Assembly (NCBI GenBank): GCA_029940535.1
Contig: JAPYUM010000002.1
Coordinates: 19,264 to 83,263 of the forward strand
Direction: 5' to 3'
DNA from: Vicinamibacterales bacterium
GTDB lineage: Bacteria; Acidobacteriota; Vicinamibacteria; Vicinamibacterales; UBA8438
DNA: 64,000 bases
Shown here piece by piece: positions 1 through 10,332 of the stretch. The stretch's first letter is position 1. Each line of letters starts with the position of its first letter. Position numbers and translations under genes: made by a program. The notes under the pieces are model-generated. The model searched no databases and was not told the origin of the DNA. It saw only the letters and a list, made by a program, of their open reading frames with translations.

Positions 1-75
1 GCCGGCTGCCCGCGGTCGTCGCGGGAACGACTAGTTGGGCTCCGATCGGAACACGGTGCGACTGGGCACCCACCC

Positions 76-2079
76 TCATGAGAACGTCTGACCGGGGCTC
101 TTGAGCGTATTGATTTTGTCGCGCAGGACGGCGGCGCGCTCGAACTCGAGGTTCGCCGCGGCCGCGCGCATCTCCGCCTCGAGTGACCGGACATGGGCGT
201 CAAAGTCCGCCTGGTTGGCGAATTCCTCGGCCGCCTCGCGCACGACCGGCACCGTGACATAGTCCCGCTCGTAGACGCTCGACAGCACGTCGTCCAGCTC
301 CTTCACGATCGACTGCGGCGTGATCTGATGCTCGTGGTTGTACGCCTCCTGGAGAACGCGCCGGCGGGCCATCTCGTCGAGCGCGGCGCGCATCGACCGG
401 GTCATGACGTCCGCGTACATGATGACCCGACCGTTCACGTTCCGCGCCGCGCGACCCGAAGTCTGAATGAGCGCGCCAGACGACCGCAGGAAGCCTTCCT
501 TGTCCGCATCCAGAATCGCCACGAGCGAGACTTCGGGCAGGTCCAACCCCTCGCGCAGCAGGTTGATACCCACCAGGACGTCGAACGCGCCACGCCGCAA
601 GTCGCGCAAAATCTGGACCCGCTCGAGCGTATCGACCTCCGAATGGAGATACCGCACCCGAACCCCGAGTTCCTGGTAGAACTGGGTCAAGTCCTCCGCC
701 ATGCGCTTGGTCAACGTGGTCACGAGCACCCGCTCGCCCAGGCCGGCGCGCAAGCGGATCTCGTGCAGCAGGTCGTCGATCTGTCCCTTCACCGGGCGGA
801 CCTCGACCTCCGGGTCGACCAGGCCGGTCGGCCGTATGACCTGTTCCACCACCACGCCTTCACTCTGCTCCAACTCGTACGGTCCCGGTGTGGCGGACAC
901 GAAAATCACCTGTCCGGCCCGGGCCTTCCATTCGTCGAAGTTCAACGGCCGATTGTCGAGCGCCGAGGGCAGACGGAATCCGAAGCCGACCAACACCTCT
1001 TTACGCGCCCGGTCGCCGTGAAACATCCCCCGCACCTGCGGCACCGTCTGATGGCTCTCGTCGACGATGGTCAGCGCGTCCGGCGGGAGATAGTCGAGCA
1101 GGGTCGGCGGCGGTTCACCTGCCTGCCGGCCGGTCAGATGCCGCGCATAGTTCTCGATGCCATGGCAGTACCCGATTTCGCGCATCATCTCGATGTCGAA
1201 CATGGTCCGCTGGTGGAGACGCTGCGCCTCCAACACCTTCCCAATCGATTCCAGATCGGTGCGGCGCTCGACCAGTTCCGCCTTGATTGTCTCCACCGCC
1301 TGCAACGTCTTCGCGCGCGGCGTCACGAAGTGCGACTTCGGGTACACGGCGGTCTTGTCGTGCCGCCGCAACGTCTCGCCGGTGACCGGATCGAACGACA
1401 CCAGCTGGTCCACCTCGTCGCCGAACAGCTCGATCCGCAGCGCGATGTTTTCGTACGACGGATAGACCTCGACGATGTCTCCGCGGACGCGGAACGTGCC
1501 CCGATCGAAGTCCTGATCGTTGCGCTCATACTGAATCTCCACCAGCTTCCGAAGAATCCAGTCCCGCTCCACCCGCTGGCCACGTTCGAGCGGCAATAGC
1601 AGACCGTAGTACGCCTCGGGCGAGCCCAACCCGTAGATGCACGAGACGCTGGCGACGATGATCACGTCGCGGCGCTCGAACAGGGACCGCGTGGCGGACA
1701 GTCGCATGCGGTCGATCTCGTCGTTCACCGTCGCCTCTTTCTCGATATACGAGTCGGTGGACGGGACGTAGGCTTCGGGCTGGTAGTAGTCGTAGTAGCT
1801 GACGAAGTACTCGACCGCATTCTTCGGGAAAAAGCGGCGAAGCTCGAGAAACAGCTGCGCCGCCAGGGTCTTGTTGTGCACCATGACCAGAGTCGGCCGG
1901 TTCACCCGGGCGATGACGTGCGCCATCGTAAACGTCTTCCCCGACCCGGTGACCCCGAGCAACACCTGATGCGGATCGCCGCGCTCCAAGCCGTCGGTCA
2001 ACTCCTTCACCGCGGTGGGCTGGTCGCCACGGAGCTCGAAGTCAGAGACGAGGTGAAAGCGATCGTAGGTGCTCGACAT
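76..2079 (-). CDS. uvrB: excinuclease ABC subunit B
   Basis: 667-aa ORF with Walker [10 protein letters not shown], helicase motifs and a C-terminal UVR coiled coil ([13 protein letters not shown]). Confidence 0.97.
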   Translation of the reverse strand: MSSTYDRFHLVSDFELRGDQPTAVKELTDGLERGDPHQVLLGVTGSGKTFTMAHVIARVNRPTLVMVHNKTLAAQLFLELRRFFPKNAVEYFVSYYDYYQPEAYVPSTDSYIEKEATVNDEIDRMRLSATRSLFERRDVIIVASVSCIYGLGSPEAYYGLLLPLERGQRVERDWILRKLVEIQYERNDQDFDRGTFRVRGDIVEVYPSYENIALRIELFGDEVDQLVSFDPVTGETLRRHDKTAVYPKSHFVTPRAKTLQAVETIKAELVERRTDLESIGKVLEAQRLHQRTMFDIEMMREIGYCHGIENYARHLTGRQAGEPPPTLLDYLPPDALTIVDESHQTVPQVRGMFHGDRARKEVLVGFGFRLPSALDNRPLNFDEWKARAGQVIFVSATPGPYELEQSEGVVVEQVIRPTGLVDPEVEVRPVKGQIDDLLHEIRLRAGLGERVLVTTLTKRMAEDLTQFYQELGVRVRYLHSEVDTLERVQILRDLRRGAFDVLVGINLLREGLDLPEVSLVAILDADKEGFLRSSGALIQTSGRAARNVNGRVIMYADVMTRSMRAALDEMARRRVLQEAYNHEHQITPQSIVKELDDVLSSVYERDYVTVPVVREAAEEFANQADFDAHVRSLEAEMRAAAANLEFERAAVLRDKINTLKSPGQTFS

Positions 2080-2183
2080 GATCTGGAGGGCCTGCTGGGC
2101 GAACGAAGAAGATCAACGGCCGCGCGAGTCAGGCTGGCTGGAGTCGTGTGACGCGCGTCATCCGCCGTCAGCGTGTCCTGACG

Positions 2184-3134
2184 TCATCGCGGGTCGGGCG
2201 TACCGTCCTCGAAGTAGGGCGCGAAATAGCCTTCCCGACTCCGGATCGTCAAGTGTTGCAGTTCTGGTCGCGCCTCGGACAAGGTCACCGTGACCTGCCG
2301 CCAGGCGCCGTCCGTGGCGAGGTCGCTGGACACGTATCCCAAGGAGTATCGCGTCGACATCTCGTCTCGAATCTGCTGGTAGATCGCCTCGAGGTCGTCC
2401 AGCGATCCGGGAAAGTAGGACCGACCGCCGGTCAGTTCGACGATCTCCTCGAGCCGACGCCGCGTCATCATCCGATCGGCCGTGCGGTTCTGCGTCTGGA
2501 ACCCGATGGCGTAGATGGTCACGTCCGAAGCGCGCACCAATTCGAGCAGCTCGTTGAGTCGCAGGCGGCTTCGTGTGTCACTGCCATCCGTGTACAGCAG
2601 CAGCACCTTGCGCCCATCCTGGTCGAAGGCGCCGTCGAGATACACGCCGAGGGCATCGTAAAGCGCGGTCAGGCCTTTCGCTTCCTGGCCACGCAGCCGC
2701 TGGGCGAGTCGCGGAAAGTCCCGCTGCGAGAACCGGCTGACTCGCACTTCGGAGTCGAAGTCGACCAACGTGATGTCTTCGGCGAAGTCGAGACTTCGGA
2801 GAAACCGCAGCGCGGCGGTTTTCGCGAACCGGGCGTCGCGCCCCATGCTGCCGCTGGCGTCGAACAGGACCCCCAGATGAAACGGCATGGTGTCGAGGTC
2901 GCTGGCCACCCCGCTGGAAAAATAGGTGACCATTTCGCGGCGCGCGTCTTCGGTGACGACGAAGTCCTCGACGGACAGTCCCTCGACCGGGTCGCCGGCC
3001 GCGTCCACGACGGTGACGCCGACCTGCACCAGATCCACGCGACCACGAAACACCGGCTGCGCCTCGACCGGCGCCACAGACGAACCGAGCAGGAACACCG
3101 CCGGCCAACATCGGACCATGGCACCCATCATCAC
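2184..3134 (-). CDS. VWA domain-containing secreted protein (VWFA-related acidobacterial-type)
   Basis: Signal peptide followed by FRGRVDLVQVGVTVVD...FVVTEDA, then a VWA/MIDAS-like block (VLFDASGSM ... LLLYTDGSDTRS). Confidence 0.8.
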   Translation of the reverse strand: MMMGAMVRCWPAVFLLGSSVAPVEAQPVFRGRVDLVQVGVTVVDAAGDPVEGLSVEDFVVTEDARREMVTYFSSGVASDLDTMPFHLGVLFDASGSMGRDARFAKTAALRFLRSLDFAEDITLVDFDSEVRVSRFSQRDFPRLAQRLRGQEAKGLTALYDALGVYLDGAFDQDGRKVLLLYTDGSDTRSRLRLNELLELVRASDVTIYAIGFQTQNRTADRMMTRRRLEEIVELTGGRSYFPGSLDDLEAIYQQIRDEMSTRYSLGYVSSDLATDGAWRQVTVTLSEARPELQHLTIRSREGYFAPYFEDGTPDPR

Positions 3135-3255
3135 CGCGGCATGTTACCCCGATCCGGTTACCGTCGCCTCGGTCGCGGATGTCGCAAGGTCGACACCGCC
3201 CGGCGGCACGGGCGTATAATTCTGAGTTCGGGTCACGAGCGCTACGGTCTCTACC

Positions 3256-4689
3256 ATGAAGTGCCTTGCGGTGTGCCAGGACGAACTCGTCATCCGGCTC
3301 TTGGCCCGGACCCTCGCTCCCTCCCTGGACGTCGAATTCCTCGTGAACGATCGGCTGCTGGCGCGGCGACTCCACGACGCGGACGTCACGATTCATGTCG
3401 GCGACCCGCGCCGCGTGGAAACGTATGTCCGGGCCGATGTGGGACCCGGGACCCCCGTGCTGGTCCAGGAGGCGGGACGCCGGAGCCCACGACGCACCCT
3501 GGAGGCGATTCGCGATGCCGGCGCCACGCTCGTCTATTTCCTGGAGGTCGGCCACCCGAGCAGCCCCAAGCGGCAGGAGATGCTGCGGGCGCGTCTCCCA
3601 GAGGTCACCCGTCTGTCGCTCGCGGACCTACTCCACGGGCCATTGGCCGGCACGCTGCATCTCTCGATGACGCGGGCGCGGGTTCAGCAGTACCAGCGGT
3701 ATCTGGCTGACGCGGACCGTGTCTTGATTCTGCTGCACAACGACCCCGACCCAGATGCGATGGCCAGCGGCCTGGCCCTGCGCAATCTTCTCCACCGGAC
3801 CAAGACCACCGCCATCATTGGAGCGTTTCAGGGCGTCACGCGACCAGAGAATCTCAGAATGGCGAACCTGCTCGACATCCATGTGGAACCGTTGAATCAT
3901 CAGTCCCTCGCCGGCTTCGACCGCATCGCCACCGTCGACGTACAGCCGCCTTACTTCGGCGGCCTCATCCGCAAGGTCGACCTGGTCATCGACCACCACC
4001 CCGAACGGGCCGGCTACAGCGCGGCCTTCAAGGACATCCGTCCAGACTACGGCTCAACCTGTACGATCCTCACGGAGCACCTCCGGGCCGTCGACGCCAA
4101 CATCTCCGAACGCACGGCCACCGCGATGCTCTACGCGATCAAGTCAGACACCTTGTTCCTGTCGCGTCAGACCAACGAAGGGGACCTCGATGCGTTCCGG
4201 TTCCTGTATCCGTTCGCCAACGCCGCTCTGGTCCGGAAGATGGAAGGCTCGGAGACCACGGTTGAGCGACTCCAGTGCGTGGGGGAAGCGGTTCGCACCG
4301 GAACCGTCAGCGGAACGCTGTACACGGCCCACCTCGGACACGTCGCACGCGAAGATCTGATCACGCATGTCGCGGACTTTCTGTTGCAGGTGGAGGAAAT
4401 CACCTGGTCCGTAGTCTCCGGCATCGTCCATGGAGACGTGGTGGTGTCGGTGCGCAATCTTGGCGACTCCCGCAACGCGGGCGAGTTCGTGAAGCGGGAA
4501 TTCGGCGACATCGGTAGCGCCGGGGGCCATCGAGTCATGGCCAAGGCGGTGGCGCCCACTGACCGATTCGAGCAGAAGTTCGGGTCGCTCGACCCGGAGC
4601 GGATCCAGGCCACGACGCACGCACTGGCGGAACGCTTCCTGCAGGATCCTCCCGCCACGGGCCGCCGCCGGGCTGGCGCCGGGGGCTAG
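3256..4689 (+). CDS. DHH-family phosphoesterase (NrnA-like) with extra N-terminal domain
   Basis: DHH motifs LLHNDPDPDAMAS and VIDHHPE, and DHHA1 motif GGHRVMAKA. Confidence 0.85.
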   Translation: MKCLAVCQDELVIRLLARTLAPSLDVEFLVNDRLLARRLHDADVTIHVGDPRRVETYVRADVGPGTPVLVQEAGRRSPRRTLEAIRDAGATLVYFLEVGHPSSPKRQEMLRARLPEVTRLSLADLLHGPLAGTLHLSMTRARVQQYQRYLADADRVLILLHNDPDPDAMASGLALRNLLHRTKTTAIIGAFQGVTRPENLRMANLLDIHVEPLNHQSLAGFDRIATVDVQPPYFGGLIRKVDLVIDHHPERAGYSAAFKDIRPDYGSTCTILTEHLRAVDANISERTATAMLYAIKSDTLFLSRQTNEGDLDAFRFLYPFANAALVRKMEGSETTVERLQCVGEAVRTGTVSGTLYTAHLGHVAREDLITHVADFLLQVEEITWSVVSGIVHGDVVVSVRNLGDSRNAGEFVKREFGDIGSAGGHRVMAKAVAPTDRFEQKFGSLDPERIQATTHALAERFLQDPPATGRRRAGAGG

Positions 4690-4903
4690 GTTTCCTGGCG
4701 ATCCGTCCGCAGAGGGCGGACGTCGCGGCATTGACTCCGCAGGGTCACATGCCGCCTGCATGCTCCCTCGGCGGTCCTTAGACGGGGCTGCGCCCCGAAC
4801 CGCACGCGGGCCCTCGCGGGGGCCCGAAGCCCCACTCCCGTCCCGCGGGGCGCGCATTGTCGCGCGCCTTCACCTGGCCAGACGAACGGCTTGGCAGGAA
4901 ACC
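4689..4903. mobile_element. Family-2 MITE-like repeat (copy A) carrying a nested family-1 repeat
   Basis: Bounded by inverted ends GGTTTCCTGGCGATCCGTCCGC (4689..) and the complement-type end ...GACGAACGGCTTGGCAGGAAACC (..4903). With 4779..4868 removed it is 125 bp, the same length as copy C at 41046..41170. Confidence 0.65.
4779..4868 (+). repeat. Family-1 dispersed intergenic repeat (copy A, forward)
   Basis: TAGACGGGGCTGCGCCCCGAACC...CCCCACTCC...GGGGCGCGCATTGTCGCGCGCC. Near-identical blocks occur at 24488, 34676, 47382 and 55867. Confidence 0.85.
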
Positions 4904-4927
4904 GCTCTGGTGGTTCTCAGTGCCCTC

Positions 4928-6424
4928 CTAGGCTCCTGCGCCGGGTGTTCTGCCGCGAGCGGCAGCCCGTGGAATGGCGGCTGGCTCGATCTCTTCGCCG
5001 CTGGCCCCAATGACCGGCCCGACGAACTGGCGGTACCCATCTTCGTAGCCACGGTCGACCAGTTCCGCGACGGTTTGCCGCCGGTCGGAACGCTCATCGT
5101 AGCAACCCGCAAAATCGAACGGGCCGAGCGCGTTGTGCCGCGGCCGGATCTCGAACACCTCTTCAAACAGCGTGGCCCGCGACGCCACCGCATCGCGCAC
5201 CGCGGCCGACTCCATGGCCGCGAGTGACTCACCAATTCGCCCTCGACCATCGCGGCGACCGGCCCCCAGCGTGTGCGGTCCGGCCGGGCCCGGCAAGGCC
5301 GAGACGAGAATGACCTGTTGGGCGCCGGCCCGCGCCACCTCGTCAAGCAGTCGGCCGAGGGCGTCAGGTCGGTCACACACGCGATGCGTCTCACCCCGCC
5401 AGCTACTCGATGACGCAAAGGCGAGCAACCAGGGCTCTGTCGCCACCGGCAGGCTCAGGGCGGCGGCACAGGCGTCGAATGCCGCGCTGCGCGCGTCACC
5501 CGCGAGATCCAACGCCTCCAACCCCCGGTTCCGATCCGTCGCCCCGACCCGACGCTGAAAAAACCGCCGACGATACGGGTCCGCGAGCAACGCGAAGCTC
5601 ACGTCTCGTCGCCCGTCGAGATCGTGGGCCGTGATCAGCAGCTCGCGGAATCCTGGCTGCCCGAGGTTCTCGATGAGCAGATCGGTATACCGCTGCCCCA
5701 TCTCGGCCGGGCCCGGCTGGGCCACCGGCGCCGCCCCACGCATCAGCTTCCACAGCCCGTTGGCGAACCACCCCCGCGCGCCGCGCGCATCCAATGGCGA
5801 GCCGAGCAACACCCACCAGAGTGCCCCGCGTGTCCGTCGGCGGCCGGTCGCACGGAACCACTCGGCACCGGCCGTGCCTCCCAACACGGCAAGCAGCACG
5901 ATCAGCGCCATCACCACCAGCCGAGGAAGCCAGGTCGGCAACGCGGCCGTGGCAAAGACCAGTTCGACCACCTGCCCGAATCCGGTCGTCAGCGCCTCGG
6001 CGCCCGAAATCCCCCCCACCCGCAGCAGATACGCCACGGGATAGGCGAGCGCCGCGAGCAACACGGCCCCCAACGGCAACAACACCGCCGTGAGCGTGAG
6101 ACCGAGGATCCACGCTGAGGCGCGGAGGGACGGACGCCATCGATAGAGTCGCGTGACGCTCGCAGCCCGCCAGAGCCCATTGGAATCCCACAGCTGCTCG
6201 GCGCCGTCGATCGCGGCGAACGCGGCCCCGACCACGCCGATGCCACGACCGGCGACCAGGTCAATCTTGACCCCCGCCTCGTGCAGCGCGTGTAAGACGC
6301 CGGCGTGATACGCGCCGGCGGTACCGGTTCCGGTCAGGACCAGCGCGGTGCGACGTTGCGGGGCGTAGGAACTGTGCGATGGTGCTCGGGGCGGGGTCTC
6401 GGCGACGACGTGCTCGTCTTTCAC
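4928..6424 (-). CDS. patatin-like phospholipase family protein, degenerate active site, with internal transmembrane region
   Basis: The N-terminal block LVLTGTGTAGAYHAGVLHALHEAGVKIDLVAGRGIGVVGA matches the patatin fold. A hydrophobic multi-TM stretch lies mid-protein. The start was moved to GTG at 6424 to avoid overlapping greA and is uncertain. Confidence 0.7.
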   Translation of the reverse strand: MKDEHVVAETPPRAPSHSSYAPQRRTALVLTGTGTAGAYHAGVLHALHEAGVKIDLVAGRGIGVVGAAFAAIDGAEQLWDSNGLWRAASVTRLYRWRPSLRASAWILGLTLTAVLLPLGAVLLAALAYPVAYLLRVGGISGAEALTTGFGQVVELVFATAALPTWLPRLVVMALIVLLAVLGGTAGAEWFRATGRRRTRGALWWVLLGSPLDARGARGWFANGLWKLMRGAAPVAQPGPAEMGQRYTDLLIENLGQPGFRELLITAHDLDGRRDVSFALLADPYRRRFFQRRVGATDRNRGLEALDLAGDARSAAFDACAAALSLPVATEPWLLAFASSSSWRGETHRVCDRPDALGRLLDEVARAGAQQVILVSALPGPAGPHTLGAGRRDGRGRIGESLAAMESAAVRDAVASRATLFEEVFEIRPRHNALGPFDFAGCYDERSDRRQTVAELVDRGYEDGYRQFVGPVIGASGEEIEPAAIPRAAARGRTPGAGA

Positions 6425-6435
6425 AACGCGACGGG

Positions 6436-6900
6436 TCACTCGCCGTGAATGGTGACGAGTTTGAGAAGCTCGAACTCGCGGATACCGCTCGGAGTCGGCA
6501 CCTCGATCTCGTCGCCCTCTTCCTTCCCCATCAGCGCCCGTCCGATTGGAGACGCGGTCGAGATCCAACCCTTGTCGGGGTCGGCGTCCTCGGGCATGAC
6601 GAGCTGGTAGACTACGGCGGCACCGCCGGTCTCTTGCAAGTGCACGGTGGAACCGAAGGACGCGCGATCGTCCGGGATCCGATCGAGATTCATCAGAGAC
6701 ACCTCAGCCACGCGCTTGTGGAGCATCGCCAACCGCGCCTGCACGAACGACTGACGATCCTTGGCGGCCTGATACTCCGCGTTCTCGCGCAGATCTCCCA
6801 ACTCACGGGCACGCTTGATCTCTTTCGGGAGCTCGCTATTGAGCTCGCGCGCCAGGACCGCGATTTCGTCCTCGAATCGCTTGATGAGCTCGGCTTTCAT
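6436..6900 (-). CDS. greA: transcription elongation factor GreA
   Basis: MKAELIKRFEDEIAVL...LRENAEYQAAKDRQ... The ATG at 6900 gives a typical ~154-aa GreA; the track ORF extends further upstream. Confidence 0.93.
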   Translation of the reverse strand: MKAELIKRFEDEIAVLARELNSELPKEIKRARELGDLRENAEYQAAKDRQSFVQARLAMLHKRVAEVSLMNLDRIPDDRASFGSTVHLQETGGAAVVYQLVMPEDADPDKGWISTASPIGRALMGKEEGDEIEVPTPSGIREFELLKLVTIHGE

Positions 6901-7002
6901 GGTGTGTCCGGCGCCGTCTTCTCCGCCGGGCGGCGGCAGGCGCTCATCGGGTAACGATAGCACATCTGCTATGCTCACCCTCGCCCCGAACCGGACCGAA
7001 TC

Positions 7003-7833
7003 GTGCAACACATCAGCAGCCGGCGCAACCCGATCGTGGCGCGTTTTCGCGACGCCGCCACGCGCGCCACGCCGCTGGACTCATCCGCGCTCCTCGAGGG
7101 CCCGCGACTCATCGAAGAGGCGCTCGCCGCCGGGGTGACAATTGACGTGGCGGCGGTCAGTAGCGCGCCGCCGACGGGGGACCGCTGGTCCTCCCTCCTC
7201 GAGCGGCTCGACCGCGTGACCCACCTGGTGAAGGTGTCGCCCTCGGTCATGGCGGCGCTCAGTCCGGTCTCGACGCCATCGGGACTCGTCGCCATCGCCA
7301 CCTTGCGGTCGGCGGCGTTCGAGTCGACCATTCGCGCGGCCCCGCCGCTCGTACTGGGCCTGGTCGGCGTCCAGGACCCTGGCAACATGGGCGCCGTGAT
7401 CCGCGCGGCCGAAGCGGGGGGGGCCACCGGCGTCGTCACCGTCGCGGGCGCGGACCCCTACGGCTGGAAGGCGCTGCGCGGATCGATGGGGAGCACCTTG
7501 CGGTTGCCGGTCGTCCGCACGAACGATGCGGACCGCGTCCGCGCCGACGCCCGCGCGAGCGGACTGCACCAGCTCGCGGCGGTCCCGCGCGGCGGAACCC
7601 CCATCACCGACACCGACCTCTCTCGCCCGTGCCTGATCTGGCTCGGGGCGGAGGGGGACGGTCTCGCGCGTCCGCTGCTGGATGACGCGGACGAACTCGT
7701 CTCGGTCCCAATGCACGCGCCGGTCGAGTCCTTGAACATCGCGGTCGCCTCGGCGCTGATCGTGTACGAAGCGGCCCGACAACGGGCCCGCCGCACCGCG
7801 CCGGCCGTCGCCGGCCGAGGGCCATCCGCGTGA
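7003..7833 (+). CDS. TrmH/SpoU-family RNA 2'-O-methyltransferase
   Basis: SpoU motifs GVQDPGNMGAVIRAAEA, LGAEGDGL and ESLNIAVASALIVYE. Confidence 0.88.
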   Translation: MQHISSRRNPIVARFRDAATRATPLDSSALLEGPRLIEEALAAGVTIDVAAVSSAPPTGDRWSSLLERLDRVTHLVKVSPSVMAALSPVSTPSGLVAIATLRSAAFESTIRAAPPLVLGLVGVQDPGNMGAVIRAAEAGGATGVVTVAGADPYGWKALRGSMGSTLRLPVVRTNDADRVRADARASGLHQLAAVPRGGTPITDTDLSRPCLIWLGAEGDGLARPLLDDADELVSVPMHAPVESLNIAVASALIVYEAARQRARRTAPAVAGRGPSA

Positions 7834-9221
7834 CGTCCGGTTCGTTGTTCGGTGAACCGGCGATCCCACCCACCCCCGGGGCGTCGGCCACCGCGCCCCT
7901 GGCCGATCGGATGCGCCCGGCCGACTTCGATGAGTTGGTCGGGCAGGATGAGTTGCTGGGTCGCGGTCGCCCGTTGCGTCATGCCATCGAGCGCGACACC
8001 TTGCAGTCGCTCATTCTCTGGGGCCCACCGGGCACCGGCAAGACGACGCTCGCGCGTCTGATCGCGAGTGTGACCGCCTCACGCTTCGTGGCCTTCAGCG
8101 CCGTCCTCTCCGGGATCAAGGAAATCCGCGCGGTGATGGCGGACGCGGAAGACGCCAGACGTCGGGGCGAGCGCCGGACCATCCTGTTCGTCGACGAGAT
8201 TCATCGGTTCAACAAGGCGCAGCAGGACGCGTTTCTGCCCCGAGTCGAAGCGGGCGACATCGTCCTGATCGGCGCCACCACGGAGAATCCGTCGTTCGAG
8301 GTCAACGCCGCACTGCTGTCCCGGTCCCAGGTCTACGTGCTACGGGCACTGACCGCGCCAGACATCTCGACCATTCTCAATCGAGCCCTGACCGACACGA
8401 CCCGTGGACTGGGCCGCCACCCGGTCGAGGTCGAACCGGAGGCGATTGCGGCGATGGCACGCCACGCCAATGGAGACGCGCGCGCCGCCCTCAACCTGCT
8501 GGAACTGGGGGTGGCCGCCGCCGTCGCGCGCGCGGCCGAAGCAGGCGACCCTGAGTCAGCCCGGCTCGACCTCGCGCTCGCCGCCGACGCCATGCAACGT
8601 CGGGCGTTGGTGTACGACAAGGACGGCGAGGAACACTACAACCTGATTTCGGCGTTGCACAAGTCGATGCGCAACAGCGACCCAGATGCGGCTGTCTACT
8701 GGCTCGCGCGCATGGTCGAAGCGGGTGAAGACCCACTCTACATCGCGCGCCGGCTGGTCCGGTTCGCCTCTGAAGATGTGGGAAACGCCGACCCCCAGGC
8801 GCTGGCGCTCACAGTCGCGGCGAAGGAAGCCGTACACTTCATGGGCATGCCCGAGGCCAACACGGCGCTCGCCCAGGCCACCGTCTACCTCGCCTCAGCC
8901 CCCAAGAGCAACGCGGTCTACACCGCCTACACCCAGGCCGCCGCCGACGCCCATCGGGAGGTCGCCGACCCGGTTCCGCTGCATCTCCGCAACGCGCCGA
9001 CCCGGCTCATGAAGCAGCTCGATTACGGCAAGGGCTATCAGTACGCGCATGACGAACCGGACGCCGTGGCGGCGATGGATTGTCTCCCCCCGTCGCTCGA
9101 GGGGCGACAATACTACTGCCCGACGACGCGTGGATTCGAGAAAGAACTGGGCCGCCGGTTGTCTGCGTGGCGCGACCTCAAGACCCGTCGTCGAGCCGAG
9201 CCCAAGGAGCCGGCCGACTGA
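7830..9221 (+). CDS. rarA: replication-associated recombination protein A (AAA ATPase)
   Basis: Walker [10 protein letters not shown], Walker [12 protein letters not shown] and the MgsA C-terminal region ([20 protein letters not shown]). The start overlaps the trmH-like stop (GTGA). Confidence 0.95.
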   Translation: MTSGSLFGEPAIPPTPGASATAPLADRMRPADFDELVGQDELLGRGRPLRHAIERDTLQSLILWGPPGTGKTTLARLIASVTASRFVAFSAVLSGIKEIRAVMADAEDARRRGERRTILFVDEIHRFNKAQQDAFLPRVEAGDIVLIGATTENPSFEVNAALLSRSQVYVLRALTAPDISTILNRALTDTTRGLGRHPVEVEPEAIAAMARHANGDARAALNLLELGVAAAVARAAEAGDPESARLDLALAADAMQRRALVYDKDGEEHYNLISALHKSMRNSDPDAAVYWLARMVEAGEDPLYIARRLVRFASEDVGNADPQALALTVAAKEAVHFMGMPEANTALAQATVYLASAPKSNAVYTAYTQAAADAHREVADPVPLHLRNAPTRLMKQLDYGKGYQYAHDEPDAVAAMDCLPPSLEGRQYYCPTTRGFEKELGRRLSAWRDLKTRRRAEPKEPAD

Positions 9222-9391
9222 TGCCCGGGGCCCTCTACTACGTCGGCCGCGGGCTCCAACTGCTCGGGATGGCCGCGCTCCTGGAAGCGATCCTCATCGC
9301 GGGTCCGCTCGGTCCGAGTCCCTGGATTTTCGGGTTCGGCGTCGCCGCCTTTATCGCGGGTTATCTCCTGGTGCAGAAGACCACGGAGTAG
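9221..9391 (+). CDS. small hydrophobic protein (2 predicted TM helices), translationally coupled to rarA
   Basis: Its ATG overlaps the rarA stop (TGATG). The 56-aa product is [51 protein letters not shown]. No family recognised. Confidence 0.45.
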   Translation: MPGALYYVGRGLQLLGMAALLEAILIAGPLGPSPWIFGFGVAAFIAGYLLVQKTTE

Positions 9392-9553
9392 CAGACGACC
9401 AGTGCCGCGGAGACGACAGACGCCGCCGTCGAGCTCCCGATCCCCCGGCGTCCGCCTACCGGCGCTCGTCCTTCCCCGGGCCTCCACCGAAGACCTCGGC
9501 AAAACCGGTCGCGAGATCGGACAGGGCCCGCGCGCGTCGAGCGCCTCAGCGAT

Positions 9554-9904
9554 CTATTTGGTGATTGTCAGCGCGTCTTCGATTGACATCGCGCCTTGCG
9601 CGATGCGGTCGGCGAGGGTCGGCCCCTCGACCGGTTCCAAGACGAGCGCCCGCGGGCCCTCGGACTCCTCGACCCCGTAGATGGCGGCGATGCCGGGGTG
9701 GTTGAGGCTGGCCAGCACCTGCGCCTCACGCTGGAATCGAGCGAGGCGATCGGGGTCGTTAGCGAAGGCGTCCGGCAGGATCTTCAGCGCCACCTGGCGG
9801 TTGAGCTGAGTGTCAGTGGCCTGCCAGACCTGTCCCATGCCCCCCTCGCCGATGAGGGTGGAAACCTCATAGTGCCCAAGGCGGATGCCGGAACTGAGAG
9901 ACAT
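9554..9904 (-). pseudogene. truncated Ser/Thr protein kinase (N-lobe only)
   Basis: The 116-aa ORF has the Gly-rich loop GEGGMGQVW and VALK lysine but stops before the HRDLKP catalytic loop. No remainder is seen in any frame downstream. Confidence 0.7.
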
Positions 9905-9939
9905 GGTGGTCTGTGAAGGGCAAGTATGCGGCGGACGGG

Positions 9940-10329
9940 CTACTGCCCGACGGGCCAGTGCTCGAGCGCGATTTCTGGCATCGGGAAGTGGCCGGGATTA
10001 CCAGTGGCCAGCGTCGCTCCAGCCCCGACCGTCGCCGCCGCGATCAGGCAGTCGGCCTGCGAGAGCGTCACACCCTGTCGGGCGAAGGCGCCCCGCCACT
10101 CACCAGCCTGACGCCCGGCCGGCCGGCCCAGCGAGACAATTCCGAGCCCATCGAAAAGCGCGCCGGCGGCGTCCTCCTCACCGAGGCGAAGCCCCCTCAC
10201 GACTTCCTCGACGTTGATGGCGGTTGTGAGCGCAACATCCCCACGGCGACGTAGGTTCGCGACGCGGTCGACCACCGGTCGTCCCCGTAGGTAGTCGATC
10301 AGAACGGTCGTGTCGAGCACCACCTGCAT
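9940..10329 (-). CDS. vapC: type II toxin VapC (PIN domain ribonuclease)
   Basis: MQVVLDTTVLIDYL... PIN N-terminal Asp motif; 129 aa; starts 3 nt after the upstream antitoxin stop. Confidence 0.88.
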   Translation of the reverse strand: MQVVLDTTVLIDYLRGRPVVDRVANLRRRGDVALTTAINVEEVVRGLRLGEEDAAGALFDGLGIVSLGRPAGRQAGEWRGAFARQGVTLSQADCLIAAATVGAGATLATGNPGHFPMPEIALEHWPVGQ

Positions 10330-10332
10330 GAC

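Noticed and set aside
1-75. Hairpin CCCGCG-gtcgt-CGCGGG downstream of uvrB as a terminator.
   Set aside because: It has a short stem and no U-tract, and it sits at the window edge. The support is insufficient.
193-1599. 468-aa plus-strand ORF overlapping uvrB. Similar long antisense ORFs occur at 24707..26344, 32034..33635, 39066..40502, 59043..60518, 53189..54406, 44547..45530, 12591..13334, 14124..15101 and elsewhere.
   Set aside because: They lie antisense or out of frame to genes with unambiguous homology. Their translations are Arg/Pro/Gly/Ala-rich with no recognisable motifs. These are the classic shadow ORFs of high-GC DNA.
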